Under the pieces are notes generated by a model. The model had not been told where the DNA came from and ran no database searches. It saw only the letters and a list, made by a program, of their open reading frames with translations. Shown one piece after another: positions 63,941 through 64,000 of a stretch of DNA of 64,000 bases. Numbering within the stretch: the stretch's first letter is position 1; the number at the start of each line of letters is the position of its first letter. The position numbers and the translations under genes were made by a program. The stretch comes from Saccostrea cucullata. Lineage: Eukaryota. The stretch covers positions 248,001 through 312,000 of the forward strand of contig NW_026939570.1 in the NCBI RefSeq assembly GCF_032062105.1. The letters run 5' to 3'.

Positions 63941-64000
63941 TGGCAATGGATTTTTGTTATAAGTACAAACTTACAACTTTTTTTTAATTTATGCATGATT

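Overview
AT-rich, intron-containing animal DNA, most likely an oyster or related bivalve, judged from CvA/HINE-type elements with ~146-166 bp satellite cores and from gene content. I assembled exons by hand from splice signals. Genes: a CARD-domain protein (-, runs off the left end), a GDP-fucose transporter (SLC35C1-like, -), an intronless secreted CE4 chitin/polysaccharide deacetylase (-), LZIC (-), a 10-exon astacin-EGF-CUB protease (+), EMG1/NEP1 (-), an 8-TM protein resembling the fungal UPF0658 family (-) and, head-to-head with it, the first coding exon of a probable mitochondrial class I (Fe-S) fumarate hydratase (+). A frameshifted EMRE/SMDT1-like remnant may lie opposite EMG1. There are many non-autonomous transposons with readable TIRs and TSDs of 2, 5, 6, 7 and 8 bp. 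Most notable: (1) an intronic 67-bp minisatellite built from the CARD exon/5' splice-site junction, forming head-to-tail GT...AG units, with a second likely exon-seeded array at 46.8-48.5 kb; (2) EMG1 exon 2 lacks the invariant RPD motif and sits beside a degenerate duplicate of itself; (3) a Helentron-like element carries an inverted copy of neighbouring DNA that preserves a pre-insertion empty site. All homology calls come from recalled motifs, not database searches.
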